Assembly (NCBI GenBank): GCA_001599295.1
Contig: BCGN01000001.1
Span: 930,001 to 994,000 of the forward strand
Source: Sporopachydermia quercuum
Taxonomy: Eukaryota
Direction: 5' to 3'
DNA: 64,000 bases
A model generated the notes under the pieces. It searched no databases and was not told where the DNA came from. It worked only from the letters and a program-made list of their open reading frames with translations. This document shows, piece by piece, positions 37,588 through 51,254 of the stretch. A program made the position numbers and the translations under genes. Within the stretch, counting starts at the first letter, position 1, and every line of letters begins with the position of its first letter.

Positions 37588-39744
37588 CTAAAACTCTCTA
37601 AGTTCTATTTGAGCTGGCTTTTTGATCTTACGTCGTTTTCTACTTGATTCCTCATCAAACTTCACCTGCGATGCAAAATCACGACCCAAATCATCTTCCT
37701 TCTTGACTTTGTACAATCTCACAATCCAGTTCTCGCTGGTAAATGCTTCCTCTAAACTGTTGATTTTGATAGGATCAGATGGGATCTTTTGCTGCCTTAC
37801 TCTATCAATTGCATCTTTTCCACCTCCGTAAACTTCAGGGAATCTATAGTACGACATNTTATACATTAAAGAGTTCTTCATAGTGTCTGTTGCTTGAGCA
37901 TCCACTTTATATTCACCTCTTGGAGTGAAAAAGTTTCGTTCTTTCACTTCATCAGGCCAGATGCCTTCTGCAATTCTCACCATCCATAAGAACTTATTAA
38001 TATCATCACCTGAGTAGCCCAGCAAACCACCGAAGATAATCAGGACGTANTCTACGTCATGTTGTTTTAGAATAGGATATGCCACTTCTTCAGAGGAAGA
38101 CATGGCTTTACCAACTGTAGCAATATGAGTATTATTCCAAGTGTTGTTATCAACCAATGTGGTTCTATCTGCCATTCCACCGATTTGATACCCATAATCC
38201 CACCAAGCCATGATTTTAGCATCAGGTTCTGTATTCATTCTTAACCAATAGTAAGCCTCACGGAAATCATCAATCAACACCGGACTACCATCATGACCTC
38301 TAGAAGAGAGCACAACTGATGGTGAGGAGTATGCGTTCGATGTTACCCATGTACAATGTCTAACAAAGAGTACTAAATAACTAAGGAATGATCCCAATAC
38401 AATAGCCTTCGATAAGTATGATAATTTGGAAGGGTTTTCCTTTTTGGAGAAAACCATATAAACATCAAACAGCTTTGAAATTGCAATGGCAGCGCACACA
38501 CAAATAACTGGAGTTAACGTAAGCATCAATCTTACCATAACACCAGCAAAATACGAACAGAGTACTGCATAAATGATAACAAATACTTGCTCTGATTTGA
38601 GCTCTTGGAATAGTAAAAATACACCAGCAGGGAATAACCAGATCAATATTTGAGTATCGAAAAAAAACGCTGGCCAAGCAGTAGGTTGATGTTCTGAAAC
38701 TGAAGCAATAATTGGAATATGAATCTTAGCATAACCAGTGTCCCATAAAGAATAGAATCTACCAGTCCATGGTGCAATCATACCAGCATAAGTCAAGGCA
38801 AATAATCCACCGACACCAACNACAAACAAAACGGAGATTGAAACGATCAAAATTGCTTTGAATTGTTTAGAAGGTACTAGTGACCTAATATAATCAGCAA
38901 ATGCAACTAATTGCAATAAACCAAACACTCCTAGAGCTGCCATATGGTCATTTGATCTGATTGGTAAGAATCCAACAAACGGAATTTGCATAGATGCTAC
39001 TGTTCCAATAGCATACCAAGTAGAATAGGAAACATAAAGCTTATGACTATATCTTCCCATCAATAATAGAACGAAAACATGTAACGGAATCAAATTGGTG
39101 ATGAAAACATATCCACCCCAGGCGGCTACCATATAGAAATAGAACAGGGCTGACAGAGCAGACCAGAACATAGAGCCCAACTTCATAGCTTTAATCCAAA
39201 GGTAGAAAGTAAACATAAGCAAGAAAATCGCAATGGCTTCATTATCATAACTACCAGCTACTGAACGTGAAATATAACCTGGGGCTATTCCCATGAAAGC
39301 TGCTGCTAATAAGCCTGCTGATTGATCTTTCATCTCAGATGTGAATAAGTAAGTTGCATACGCTGTTAACCCCGAAAATGCTGGTGCTAATAAGACGCAG
39401 ATGTTTCGAATATCAATGGGAAGTCCAACATTTTCTAATACATAATGGATCAATCCTGATGTCACCATAAGCCCAGGATACAATGTACCACCTGTGACTC
39501 TTCCTAAAGGATACCACGTCCTATCATCAAACCAATTGAGAAATTGGTAGAAATTATGCGTCACCAAGTACTTAGTCGCTCTGAAATTAAACCACGGATC
39601 GAATTCGTGAATAATTGATTCAAATCGAATAACTGAAAACAGTCTAGAAGAAATAGCTGCAGCTGCTATGGACACTAGAATTGAGATCTTCAGCAACAAA
39701 CTGATATTGTCAGCTGTGCGCTGGCTTATAATAGCAGAGGCCAT
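37588..39744 (-). CDS. STT3: Oligosaccharyltransferase catalytic subunit
   Basis: [33 protein letters not shown]. First ATG is at 39744. Confidence 0.98.
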   Translation of the reverse strand: MASAIISQRTADNISLLLKISILVSIAAAAISSRLFSVIRFESIIHEFDPWFNFRATKYLVTHNFYQFLNWFDDRTWYPLGRVTGGTLYPGLMVTSGLIHYVLENVGLPIDIRNICVLLAPAFSGLTAYATYLFTSEMKDQSAGLLAAAFMGIAPGYISRSVAGSYDNEAIAIFLLMFTFYLWIKAMKLGSMFWSALSALFYFYMVAAWGGYVFITNLIPLHVFVLLLMGRYSHKLYVSYSTWYAIGTVASMQIPFVGFLPIRSNDHMAALGVFGLLQLVAFADYIRSLVPSKQFKAILIVSISVLFXVGVGGLFALTYAGMIAPWTGRFYSLWDTGYAKIHIPIIASVSEHQPTAWPAFFFDTQILIWLFPAGVFLLFQELKSEQVFVIIYAVLCSYFAGVMVRLMLTLTPVICVCAAIAISKLFDVYMVFSKKENPSKLSYLSKAIVLGSFLSYLVLFVRHCTWVTSNAYSSPSVVLSSRGHDGSPVLIDDFREAYYWLRMNTEPDAKIMAWWDYGYQIGGMADRTTLVDNNTWNNTHIATVGKAMSSSEEVAYPILKQHDVXYVLIIFGGLLGYSGDDINKFLWMVRIAEGIWPDEVKERNFFTPRGEYKVDAQATDTMKNSLMYXMSYYRFPEVYGGGKDAIDRVRQQKIPSDPIKINSLEEAFTSENWIVRLYKVKKEDDLGRDFASQVKFDEESSRKRRKIKKPAQIELREF

Positions 39745-41093
39745 AGTATGTATGTTTGTGTACTGAATGATCAATTGATCAGAATTATGAGATTTCCCCT
39801 TGAGTGAGTCGATGTATCACCAAAACTCACAGTTATTAGCAATTAAAACTTAAGAGTCAATCAAAGCATAGAAACAAAAACTCCTATAAGCGCTTTATCC
39901 AGTTAATGGAAACACGCTTGATGCTACACGATGGATGTTTGAATGGGCAACAAACGGATCAATTGGCGTGACTGAAAAGAGCTATCTACGACTTTCCTTG
40001 CTATGTATATGGTTGGTGCTAGTCCACTAGGTACTTAGATCAGTTGGTCTATTAATACGAGCCCCGATCGAATGAATTGTAGCTATAACACAGCTTACAA
40101 ATCAATTGTTCGTTCAATGAAATAATAGTTTTGTATTGAATTCCTAAGCCAGTTGATTCTGTTCGCGAGTGGAAGTTTTTGTGTATTTGTCCTTAATGAG
40201 AGGTAATGATTACGTAATTGTTAAATGCTAAGGAAGAATTTGGGGGGGGGTAAGAGAGATATGTTGTATGATAAGGAGAAGATAATGATGATTAAATGAC
40301 TACTGGAACCGGGTAGCTCATATAGTCTGGAATTAATTCCAGATTTTATCAAAAGAATTGATGGGCTCTCATCAGTGATAAAATGAAGGAGTTCTAGCGT
40401 TTTGGTAGTTAAATCATTCCCCTCCTTCTTATCAGTCGTTAGCGTGAGACCCAAGGCATCAAACCATCACTCACATTACCCCCAGACGTTGGAATATTCT
40501 GTTAAGACTCNCACCATTTGAGCAACCTTAACACCATGAAACTATTTGAAAATGTAATAAATAGCCCATAAGCTAGAGAGCTTATTAAACGCTCTAAATA
40601 ATGATGTTTCATGCTTTGGAAAGGTATTTGTTCGCATACGTAATATGTAATCTACCCGATTGCTTCCCTTATCTCTTTTATAAGTGACCAAATTCACCCA
40701 TTTCCCATACTAAACTTCAAACTCAAGTAAATATCAGAACGTTCGTCAACGCACCCAGCCAGCATTGAGAAAGATAAAGATCCCAGCTAAATACTTCAAT
40801 TATATCACCGACGGAACAATAGCAACAATTTATCGGAACCAATAGTATCATCGAATTTTCGTCCCAAGCCCAGATAATCTCGTCAGATTACTCTTGGAAT
40901 GGATTCTAAAACCCGTTATTGCTTATTGTTTGTCTTTCATCTCCCTGGTACCTTTCCCTAGCTAATCAGGGATCGGCCCTTTTCCAGCTGCTTATCATCA
41001 CACGAGTTAGAATGATGGAATGAACACCATTTGCATTGAATCATTCCATAGATAAACTCATAGAAGCTATCCTGAACTATATATCCTTTCATA

Positions 41094-42929
41094 ATGAACC
41101 CGGGNCAGGCAAATGGTCCAAACCCTCTTGATCTTAAAACCAACGTTGATCCAATAATACAACACCAACAACCTACGTTACAAGAGCAAACGCGATCTCG
41201 AGCTTACCAAGATCCTGTACCGAGCCAAGAACGGGAGCAAGAGCAAGAGCAAGAACATAATGGGCTCGAGATAAAACCACAGCAACAACAAATAACTGGA
41301 AACCAGTCGTCAACTTCTAGGAATCAATTCAGATTCCACAAAAAAGAGCTGCCTCAGACACAACCAAAGCTATCGGCTATATCTTCAAGTATACGCAGTA
41401 ATGTGTCGAGGCTACAACTAAATGAAAATGGCAACACTCAAAGCTACTTACCATCAAGAAGAAGCTCCCAAATTCAACTAGGACCTGTGGAAACAGAAGT
41501 TCATCCTTTTATTAAATCTAGAAGACCCTCGCTTGAAATTGGCCAAACCATTAATTTTTCAGAATCCAAGCCCGATAAATCAGATGGATCTACAAATCCC
41601 GGATCTTTTCAACCTTCAGATCCTAATCGAAAGTACCAAATAGCTGCTCCCGATTTATCCACGTTTGCCAGCCTAACGAGACAGCCCAACCGATCAACAA
41701 TTCAAGTTACTGAGGTATCACCAGGCGTAGAACCGGGAGACGAGACTCAAACAGGATACTCTGAGTCTTTAGCCAATCATTTGGCACCATCAACAGTAGC
41801 ATCTTCCGAAGTTTCCATTGGATCTGCTGTTGCCGACGGACTTTCAAGGAACTCATCAGGGTTCAATCTAAGCGTTTTCTCCAGAGGAAGACAACCAGAT
41901 ATGAAAGAGCTGCGACGGAACTTGTCAGTGATAAACGATTCACAATTTGATGGTATTGGAACAAAAGAAGATGCTCCAGTGAATAAACGAGAAGTATCTG
42001 GCCTGCTGGCAAGGAGGAATTTGGCTTTACCTGGAGGCAGTAGCCAAAGATTCTCGTCGTCAGAAACAGCATTGCATATGTTACCTTCTAGCTCTAGTCC
42101 CGCCATAGGTAACGTGGCTAATCACGGCCCAGGAATTATTGCTCAAGGCTCAGCACAGGGACAAATTAGGGGACCCGTACGTGGTGTTGGTGCCGGGTCT
42201 GCCGCTCTTTCATTAACTGGCGCAAATAGTACTATAAATCCTACCTCAACAACTGTTTTCACTCCATCTGTTGAACCAACTGGTAGTTTAAATCGAGGAC
42301 CTCAATCTAAACCTCTGAGGCAAATACGAGAGCCTAAAACTCCATTGTATGTTCCTGCTGTGCTTCGGAATACTATGTCTTTCTCGGGACCAAGTATGGC
42401 TACTGAGACTTCTCAGAGGATGAGCCGTTCCGCCAGCCGAAGCTCCATAAGATCTCTTATACCGTTTTCTTCTGAAAAGCCACTTTCACCAACACGTGAC
42501 CATTGGAAACCTGATTCTTCTCGCGACGGTTGCACATACTGTGGACGCAAATTCACATTCTGGGACAGGAGACATCATTGTAGAAGATGCGGAGATCTCT
42601 ATTGTTCTCTACATACATCGCACCAATTAGAACTGAATTCTGCTGGTCAGTTTTGTTCTGACGGCTGGGGAATGTTGTGTAAAGTATGCGATTTCTGTGT
42701 AGGAGATTATGAAGTATGGTTGAAAGCACAAGGTCTACTTGGGGGAACTAATACGGCAGAAGGAAAGAAAGCATTTGCGGAGCTTCGATTTGATGATCGT
42801 CTTAATTTGGGTGGCGCAAGACCGGAAAGAAGTAACGAGACAACAACGGAAAGACATGACAGTGTTGTGCAAGTCGGGGAAAATGATGTTGGATATATTC
42901 CTGCTGATTGGAGTTGGAGTAGCTTTTAA
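41094..42929 (+). CDS. PIB2: FYVE-domain TORC1 regulator Pib2
   Basis: RQIREPKTPLYVPAVLR motif, FYVE domain (HWKPD...RRHHCRRCG) and terminal PADWSWSSF tail motif. Confidence 0.88.
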   Translation: MNPXQANGPNPLDLKTNVDPIIQHQQPTLQEQTRSRAYQDPVPSQEREQEQEQEHNGLEIKPQQQQITGNQSSTSRNQFRFHKKELPQTQPKLSAISSSIRSNVSRLQLNENGNTQSYLPSRRSSQIQLGPVETEVHPFIKSRRPSLEIGQTINFSESKPDKSDGSTNPGSFQPSDPNRKYQIAAPDLSTFASLTRQPNRSTIQVTEVSPGVEPGDETQTGYSESLANHLAPSTVASSEVSIGSAVADGLSRNSSGFNLSVFSRGRQPDMKELRRNLSVINDSQFDGIGTKEDAPVNKREVSGLLARRNLALPGGSSQRFSSSETALHMLPSSSSPAIGNVANHGPGIIAQGSAQGQIRGPVRGVGAGSAALSLTGANSTINPTSTTVFTPSVEPTGSLNRGPQSKPLRQIREPKTPLYVPAVLRNTMSFSGPSMATETSQRMSRSASRSSIRSLIPFSSEKPLSPTRDHWKPDSSRDGCTYCGRKFTFWDRRHHCRRCGDLYCSLHTSHQLELNSAGQFCSDGWGMLCKVCDFCVGDYEVWLKAQGLLGGTNTAEGKKAFAELRFDDRLNLGGARPERSNETTTERHDSVVQVGENDVGYIPADWSWSSF

Positions 42930-44520
42930 AGTTTAGATACATTATTGAGATTCTGTAATCAATAATAGTTCATTAATTATCGGGTTAATGACATGAAGCA
43001 AGTAAAGAAAAGACAACCGCCTGGTTTAGAGAATGAGAAGATAAGAGTAAATAGGAGAAGTATATATAGTAATAAGACAGCAATAAACATTGTTCAATTA
43101 GACTAGCAAGGACTATTCAATTCCAATTTTGCCCCGCCGGCTAAAAGTTCAAATGGAGTCAGATAGTTGCTAATATTGTATGATAGATTCTATTTCAGAA
43201 TTGATGATTCGCATGACCCATTACTTGTTTATCATTCAAGTCATCATTTACTTGTTACTCAATAAAAAGGTGTTTTAGACACATTGATTGACAGATTATG
43301 TAAAGGTACGTTCAGTTGGTAGAAAACTAAAAGGCAAAGCAANAGTTGTCCCTTCTGATGTCTCTTAATAGTATAACCTGTAGAAGGATCATGGTGATGA
43401 GTGCGAAATTTGACAGCCCGAAAGACGAGTCATTGAATTTTTAAACAAGATGCAACTAGTTTATATTGTTGAATAATTATTTGAAACTTATTAGCTAACC
43501 AAACATCTGATTCGATTACTTGTAATCCTGCTACATATAAGAACACATTAAAGGACTATATTCTGTTTTGCAATGCCATATTAAACTTTGATTCTCCTCA
43601 ATTCTTTATGATTTCCCTTCTTCGTTATAGTAATCAGTTTGATTTAATGGGTTTGTTCATTATCAGTAACATTTAAACCCAAAAATATTAAGATACAAAA
43701 TAGGAATGTGAACTTAAATTTGTCAAAACCTTAAATTTTGGAGCTAATCCGCTCGTGAAGTTTGAGACACGAAGCTCTTGGTAATTATACATCTAGCTTG
43801 AATGTGTTTCATAACTCTAGATAATATTAATTAACAAAGTTGAAATTGAAAGTTATGAGTATATTATTACGACTCAAGTTGANTTAAACCATAGCTGTAA
43901 CGTCTTTCGATTCGAAATANAGTGGTTACACAGCAGGAGGATTTGCTTAGTCTTACGCTTGAAACAAAAGTTCTCAAGATGCAAAACAATTGAAGCCTTA
44001 CCGAACTAATCTTTACTGTAGTTGAACTGTCGACCTGGAAATTGACATAGACTGCTTACGTGCTATACAATTCTTTCCTAAATCAACATCTTCTCTTCCT
44101 TTTCTCTTACTGATAGCCAACATTTACCCATAGATTTCCATACATTTGGATCTCTATTTGAGATCCAAAAACTGTTCATAATTTACCGTAAATCATAGCA
44201 AAGCAAAAATCAAATCCTTCACAATCTCTCTAGACAATTCACCCTTTTTGCTTCCTGTCTCCTATACATACACCCCAGTGTTCATTAGTCCCATTTCAGG
44301 GCACCATACAAAAAAATTAAAGTATCGCTATCCTTACTGTCCCATATCCCATACATATGTTATTCTAATAGTAAGTACCAAATGACGAGGAAGACTTCTC
44401 ATTTAAACATCATTGATACTCACTTATCTATTGTTCAATCGATTTAATAGATATTCAATCTATTAATTTGAGTAAAATTATGTTTCTAAATCAATTGTAT
44501 AATAGTTTTTGAGGCAAGAA

Positions 44521-45632
44521 ATGGAAGAGGAAAAAGTTCAGGAAACTTCTAACGAAGTTCTAGAAGAAGTCACTGAAGACTTCAAATCAGAATTGAAGCT
44601 GGAAGTGATGGTAGAAACTGATGGTGAGAAGGATGAGAAGGATGAGATGGAAGAAGAGGAAGAGGAAGCAGAAGAAGAAGAAGGAGAGGACGGGCAAGAT
44701 TTCGAAGAGGATGATGATTTTGGATCATTTTCAGACGCATCATTTGATGACTTCAATGAAGCTGAAATATCAACAAACGAATCAATTGAAACTACAACCC
44801 AAATTCACCAAGAGCCACAGATATCGACGACAACTACAACCACATCTACACCTAATTATATACTTGACTTTAATAATGATAATGCATTATCAACTGTGTG
44901 GGAGCTTTTAAATGAAATATACCCAAAAGCTTCGGAGAACACAGTTTCGGGAGTTTTAGGAAACATCGAGATAACGTCTGATACACCCATAAGACCTGAC
45001 AGAAGGTAAGTACACTACATATTAGACGCTGCGCCTTAGCCATACGGTATAATATATACTCATACTAACATTTTAGTATCAAACTATGGCACGAACTATC
45101 AACTGTGCGGAAGACAGATCCCTTTGTTTGGCCAAGATCTGCAATAAGACGGAAATTATTAATATCATTAGGAATACCGGTTGACTTAGACACAGTGCTA
45201 CCTAGAGGACATGTCAAAGCAGACCCAGTACAGATATATTCAACTGATACAGATGAAGCCATTCAATTGAATGATATTGAATTGAAAGAGCCCGGAAATG
45301 TGGCTGAACTTTTATCTCGAACGAAAACGTTAATTTCTACTATTCAGAACCAAATTCAACCACCAGAATACGTTACTCTTTCATCGGAAGAAGATTTGAT
45401 ACATTACAGGACCATAATTCAAACAGCGACTTCTCAATGTAGAATATTACTGAAATTATGGGCAAAAAATAATAGAGAGTTGCAGAAGGATAAAGAGACC
45501 TTTGAAGCAGTGATTGAAAGTATGGTTGGATACACCCAGAAGGTACGCCGTCAAGAAAGTATGAGACGGCCAGCGCTAGGGAGGTCAAAAAGCGGTAAAA
45601 GTAGGTCTAAGAGTGCATTATTTTTTGGTTGA
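44521..45632 (+). CDS. LAA2: AP-1 accessory protein, Laa2/YBL010C-like; exons 44521-45005 and 45077-45632 (~346 aa)
   Basis: Acidic N-terminus with gamma-ear-binding DDDFGSFSDASF, then WPRSAIRRKLLISLGIPVDLD and a C-terminal coiled coil (KETFEAVIESMV). Confidence 0.72.
45006..45076 (+). other. Spliceosomal intron (71 nt)
   Basis: AG|GTAAGT ... TACTAAC ... TAG; joins ORFs 44509-45009 and 45105-45632 in frame. Confidence 0.92.
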
Positions 45633-46317
45633 ATGAAAATAATGAACCAGCAGGAAAAGGAATAGGAACGCTATTAATAAGGCGATTTAATGGATAATGA
45701 GATGGGTATAATAGTGATAAAGTAATAGTATACTGAAGTGATAACAACATATGTAATCTTCAATAACTTCGGTTAAAATTCCATTACAAAAATATAAACT
45801 AATTGATTTCCACGACAAAATTTACCTCCCAACTACTATTTCCAAAACTAGACATAGTTATTCGGAACAAAAATGAACAAAAATAATTAACGTAAATCCA
45901 TAATTCAGCCACTCACTGACTAAAAAAATACTACTCATGCTACATTTACGTCATTTGAGCTCTTTCCAACTGTTTAACGTTAGTTATCAGTTTACCAGCA
46001 AGAATCATTTTTTAAACACTTATGCTATATTATTTATAATACATAATAATCATAATTAATTATACACATTTAATACATATATACGACATATAATAAAAAC
46101 ACCAAAAAGCAATTAATAGTAACAGAGAAAAGAGAAATAAAACATTATGATATTCATGGTTTATGATAGACAATAGAATCAGCTAACAAAATACATAGTA
46201 ACGAATAGGGTATAGAGCATAAACATGTTTTAAACACCCAACAAAAATTCAAAAATAAATGACAAAACTAATCAGTAAGAAAATTATGGAAATTGATGTC
46301 ACAGTATAAATTCAACA

Positions 46318-49300
46318 CTAATAAATAAAATTATACCAGTCACCAATATTTAGAGATGAAGGAATATCATCACCTACAGAAGGATGATGTTGCTGGCCTA
46401 GTTGATTAGGAAGCATGGGGCCTTGCTGTTGTTGTTGGCCTTGCTGTTGTTGTTGGCCTTGCTGTTGTTGTTGTTGTTGTTGTTGTTGTTGTAAATGTGG
46501 TGGTAATCCATGTGATTGTCCATGATTTTCTTGAAGCGGTCGATCGCTCATTATATTATCCCCTTGAGTATCAGTTGGTAACCCATCAGGTCCTATAGGT
46601 CCCATACCAAAATTGCCAATTTTAGTCTGATCAATAACTGCCCCTGTAGGAATATATTGTGGTCCACGAGTTGTGCGCATTCCTGCTTGGAGGTTATTTA
46701 AATGTACCTGAGAATTCAATGCCGATGGGTCTAGATCAACCTCTGAAGCAATAGCTGAGGGTGGTTGATAAAGCAAACGATCGAAATACTGTTCNGCATA
46801 AGATAAATCTCCAGCAGCTGAATCATTCAGGTGAGACATCATATCAAGTTGATTGATCGAATTGGGCGTATCTGTATTGACATGTTCACTTGTTCCTTGA
46901 CTTGATGTTCCTAATGTATCTTTTGGCGTACCATGTAAGCCAGAAAGTGTACCAATGTCTAAGTCTTCAGCGAAAAGACGCGATGGCTCAAACACCTGGC
47001 TGAATTCTGAACTTGGAATTGTGTTAGTGAAGAAGAAAAGTTCCGGATGAGTACCTGGCGAAGCAAGATTAGGCATGTTTATATTTTCAGGATTAGAATT
47101 GCCAATGGATGGCTCATGAGATATGCCAATTGGATTAGGAGGATCACTAACGTTCGAAATAGATTCGTGTTGATGTTTGGATTGAGTCATCGGAACGTCT
47201 TCANTGGCATTAGAACTGGTATTGCTAGTAGCACCAACACCTGTAGTTGTAGCCGTGGTATTTCTCTCCTTACTAAATGCTTTCTTTATTGATGCTCCAC
47301 CACTCGTCTTACTGTTAGGATTTCTAGTAGAACCAACAGTGCCGTCGAGAGCACCTGCTTCCTCCTCCTCTTGTTCTTCTTCATTGCGCAAACCTTTACC
47401 ACCTTTCTCACTTTTCTTAGCACCTTTTTGATTCAGGTTATTGATCTCGGTTTCTTGAGTAACCATGCTCTTCACAAGTCTTCTCCGAGCTCTATTATCC
47501 TTCAGAATTGTTTCAAACATCTTAAGAATCATTTTACCAACCATCCAAGTACTAGAGACTTCCCGTAAAGCTTTACTGCAGATTTCCAAGCTACTGCGAG
47601 CTGTTTCAGCAACTAAAGCTGAAGGAGATTCTAGCTGATAAACAAACATAATCATTGCTGAAAACAACATATAAACTATGAAAGCAGGGCAGTATTGAAG
47701 CTCATCAAACTCCATGAAATTCTCCATAATCATAGCAATCATATGCGCTGCTTGGAATGCAATACCCCAAGAAGGATATGAGCCATTAGTTGCAGCCTTC
47801 CTACGTCTTCTGAATAAAATATTCGACCGATGTACTAAGCAGAGAATCGTATAATACTGAGCATGAATTAAAGCCGGAAAGAAGCTGTGCTTGGCTTTAT
47901 CTTTAACGGAATACTTCAATTCTGGGGGTAAGTTACTCATCCAAGTTCCCATTGCAATATCACAATGTGATATAATAGGAATACGAGAAGGCATTCTTAA
48001 ATTCTCAGTACCAGCAGAATATTGTTGTCGTAGTACTAATCCCATGATTTCCGATAGTTTGACATTATTGATGAAAAACAAAATTGATGTTTTGTCCTGT
48101 TTGTAAGGAGACGGCAATTCGGGCTCATCTTCATTGAAATCATCTTCACCAATCATAGGAACATCACAATCATCCAAATCAAGTACAACTGGTCTTCCAA
48201 ATGCTACAGCTACACTTCGATCACGAACAAAGGCAACCCAAAAGACCCGTTTCCAGAGCTTCTTCTCGATATCTGACAACTTAGAATCGGCCACACTTCT
48301 ATGAAGACCAAATCCTTGTGCTACAGTTAATCCAACCCGTGTCCAATAGAAGACATTCTTCGTAACGTCTTCTGGACCTTCCCAATACCAGCCCATAAGG
48401 ATTAAAGCTTGAACAATCGTTATTTTATCTGATTCGTAATTAGCATCAAAGAGCGCCTTTGCACGCTTGTAGAATGTAATACTTGCTAAATCAGCCGAAC
48501 CAGTGGAATCCAACAATGCTGGGTTCTTGCAAACCCGAGAGCCAGCTAATAGAATAGCTTGGAGTAGAAATAACGACGGAGGATTTGTAGGATCGTTGTA
48601 TCTTCGCATAAATTGAGAACGATTAACAATAGGAATAAGCGTATTCACATGTTCGAAGTAACAGTCAATAATATCATCACATAAGTTTCTTGGTGGTAAT
48701 AAGAAAGCACCTCTTAATTTTAAAATCTCGATTTCCACGTTATCAAATGCACTTCCTTTTGCCGATGATAGAACATTACGGAGAATCTCTGGTACAGGGA
48801 AATGGTAATTTGAGTTGCTATTGCTTTTCTCCATCATCAAGCTGAAGTTGGAAGAGGAGCCCAAATACGACGTAACATTTTGATAGCCTTTTGGTGAACC
48901 ACCACCAACACCAGGAACTGTTGCCTCAGCACTATTGTTATTGCTATTACTATTACTATTACTCATGTCAGCTGTAGTATTTGCTGTTAATGGAAGATTG
49001 CTGTCTGCTTTATCATCAGAATTTATAGTAGAGTCTGTTTTCCTGATTGAAGAACTAGCTTTCTGAGATTCAGATTTTGTTTCAGATTTTGCTTTATCAG
49101 CTTTCTTGGTCACCTTTCGTCGCTTCACTTCAGGAATTCGACATTCACATCCAAAAGCTACACAGTTTGTACAAGGCATATGAATCATTGCATCACAACG
49201 AACTTTTCTAGCATGACAAACTTCACAAGCTCTTGTAGATCTTGCTCTTCGGAAAGCTCCGATAGTTGAGTTGGATGGCTTGGCGGAAACAGCCGATTTC

Positions 49301-49719
49301 CCATTCTGCTCATCAGAAGCCTGTGATCCAGATTCAATCAGATTGCTATTTCTTGACACACCATTGATCGGATCTAATTTCCTTTTAGTTGGGTTACCTT
49401 CCTCAGTGTCTTTAGAGGTAGTGTTTTCATTCAATGATTTATGGGAATCTTTCTCTGTAGTTTCTTCGTCTAATTTCTTCTTAGAACTTAGCAAATCAAC
49501 AGCTCCAGGTTCAGAGTTTTCACTAGTTTTGTCATTGTTTGTCTTATTTAACGTACTAACTGTATTATCAGTTGTAGCATCTTCCATCTTAACACCTTCG
49601 GGTTTTACTGACTTGGAATGAGCATTTTCCACTGTTGACGAACTATCACTATTCTTGTTTTGAGCACTTGCTTTTTCTTTAGTCTCATTCTTATTATTTA
49701 AAATAGATTGCGAGTCCAT
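46318..49719 (-). CDS. CTF1: Zn(II)2Cys6 transcription factor, Ctf1-alpha/FarA family (fatty acid utilisation)
   Basis: RACEVCHARKVRCD...PCTNCVAFGCECRIP, LRGAFLLPP, WYWEGPEDVTKNVFYW. First ATG is at 49719. Confidence 0.82.
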   Translation of the reverse strand: MDSQSILNNKNETKEKASAQNKNSDSSSTVENAHSKSVKPEGVKMEDATTDNTVSTLNKTNNDKTSENSEPGAVDLLSSKKKLDEETTEKDSHKSLNENTTSKDTEEGNPTKRKLDPINGVSRNSNLIESGSQASDEQNGKSAVSAKPSNSTIGAFRRARSTRACEVCHARKVRCDAMIHMPCTNCVAFGCECRIPEVKRRKVTKKADKAKSETKSESQKASSSIRKTDSTINSDDKADSNLPLTANTTADMSNSNSNSNNNSAEATVPGVGGGSPKGYQNVTSYLGSSSNFSLMMEKSNSNSNYHFPVPEILRNVLSSAKGSAFDNVEIEILKLRGAFLLPPRNLCDDIIDCYFEHVNTLIPIVNRSQFMRRYNDPTNPPSLFLLQAILLAGSRVCKNPALLDSTGSADLASITFYKRAKALFDANYESDKITIVQALILMGWYWEGPEDVTKNVFYWTRVGLTVAQGFGLHRSVADSKLSDIEKKLWKRVFWVAFVRDRSVAVAFGRPVVLDLDDCDVPMIGEDDFNEDEPELPSPYKQDKTSILFFINNVKLSEIMGLVLRQQYSAGTENLRMPSRIPIISHCDIAMGTWMSNLPPELKYSVKDKAKHSFFPALIHAQYYTILCLVHRSNILFRRRRKAATNGSYPSWGIAFQAAHMIAMIMENFMEFDELQYCPAFIVYMLFSAMIMFVYQLESPSALVAETARSSLEICSKALREVSSTWMVGKMILKMFETILKDNRARRRLVKSMVTQETEINNLNQKGAKKSEKGGKGLRNEEEQEEEEAGALDGTVGSTRNPNSKTSGGASIKKAFSKERNTTATTTGVGATSNTSSNAXEDVPMTQSKHQHESISNVSDPPNPIGISHEPSIGNSNPENINMPNLASPGTHPELFFFTNTIPSSEFSQVFEPSRLFAEDLDIGTLSGLHGTPKDTLGTSSQGTSEHVNTDTPNSINQLDMMSHLNDSAAGDLSYXEQYFDRLLYQPPSAIASEVDLDPSALNSQVHLNNLQAGMRTTRGPQYIPTGAVIDQTKIGNFGMGPIGPDGLPTDTQGDNIMSDRPLQENHGQSHGLPPHLQQQQQQQQQQQGQQQQQGQQQQQGPMLPNQLGQQHHPSVGDDIPSSLNIGDWYNFIY
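46422..46491 (-). repeat. CAA/CAG poly-Gln microsatellite with an 18-nt GQQQQQ sub-repeat
   Basis: Encodes QQQQQQQQQQQGQQQQQGQQQQQG. Confidence 0.9.
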
Positions 49720-51254
49720 TTTTATATTGATCTCCAAGTCTTTTTTACTTGTTTACTTATGGTCTGTCAGACCAATTGATGAGTTTTTACTACTCCAGCT
49801 ACCTTTCACTTCTCAGCTTTCCCCTTGACCATTCACTTATGTCAAACAAACGAAAATACGCTATGATCAGTCCATGGATTCCGTTGATACAAATATCCTA
49901 TTATTTTCTCCGAATGGTATGATATACAGCTATTTGTATATCTATCTCTTTACCCCCTATTCGTCTATAAGCCTATATTAGTTGGCCCGAGTGGAGAATC
50001 AAAATAGTGTGCAGAAACCACAAGTTATTATCACAGTAAAGNAAAGATTCAGTCGTAGGACATCAAATCAGTTAATGAAAATCTGTTGAATTTCTTCTCG
50101 ATACTAGCTAATATACTTAGTATTCNTATAGCAATGAATCAATGATTTAACGAATAAATTATACAATCACTATAAGAAGAGAGCTGATAAAGTCGAGATA
50201 ATTAAGTAAAAGAAAATATCACCAAAGTTTAAAGTTGTAAGGTGAAGGAGTTAAGAGAACTTAGGCTGTACAAGGAATTGGATAGATTGGAAATTATTAT
50301 TGACAGAAATATGAATGAATTAGCGTGTGATCAGAGTGAGATGAATAGTAGAGCAAATATATATTGAAGTACAAATATGTTTTTTGATAATTTATTTGTT
50401 TCTATGATTGTATGTGCTAAAGATACGGTTACAGTGTTCTACGGAAGGTGATAAATAAGTTGAATGCCTCTATAAATGTGCTTATTATGCTGATATGACA
50501 GTTTGTGGCGAAAAGTAACTTTTAAGAATATGTCTCATGGTTTAATAGCCAACGATATAACCAAAAACTGGTGTTTACTATTGAAACTATCGATTTTCTC
50601 CTGAATTTATTGAATAGATGAATCTATTCACTCGTTATTCGTTCGGCTGGGTAGGAATACAGAAAAAAATCCATCCGGGCAATTGGTAATCTCGGACCAC
50701 TTTTTTGGGTCATCAAATCAAGTAATCTCTCATAATAAATGGATTTTCTGGCCCACCATTGAGACCAGTTAGTACCAAAATCTCTGATCAGAGCATCCCA
50801 TCGGATTAATTAAAACCTAACTCCTCTTACTATTTCCACAATTCGGCAACTCGGCAAANTTTCTCACCGTCCCATGTCACATGCTAGTTTCTTCCATGTA
50901 TGATAGCGAATGTGATTGTTCGAGAACGTTTTTTCGTCAATAAAGACGTGGTGAAATTATATAAGGATTCTTTGAGAATAGTGAAAACGTAAGACGGTTG
51001 ATAAGAGATTCCATTCTATCAGCTGAATATATCAAGAAGTAGTTGCTTTGAGGACCTGATAAATCTAGGCATTCATCAATTTTTTTGGTGGTTAATCAGA
51101 CTTTATACTATGAACGAACACCCGATGAGCATCAATTGAAATGAGAGATGATCAGAGCCAAGAGATTTTAATGCACTGAGGTGCAGTAAATAGAAAAATA
51201 GATAACTAAATATCTGACGTAGGATTTGAATAGACATGCCATGCCGTTGATTAT

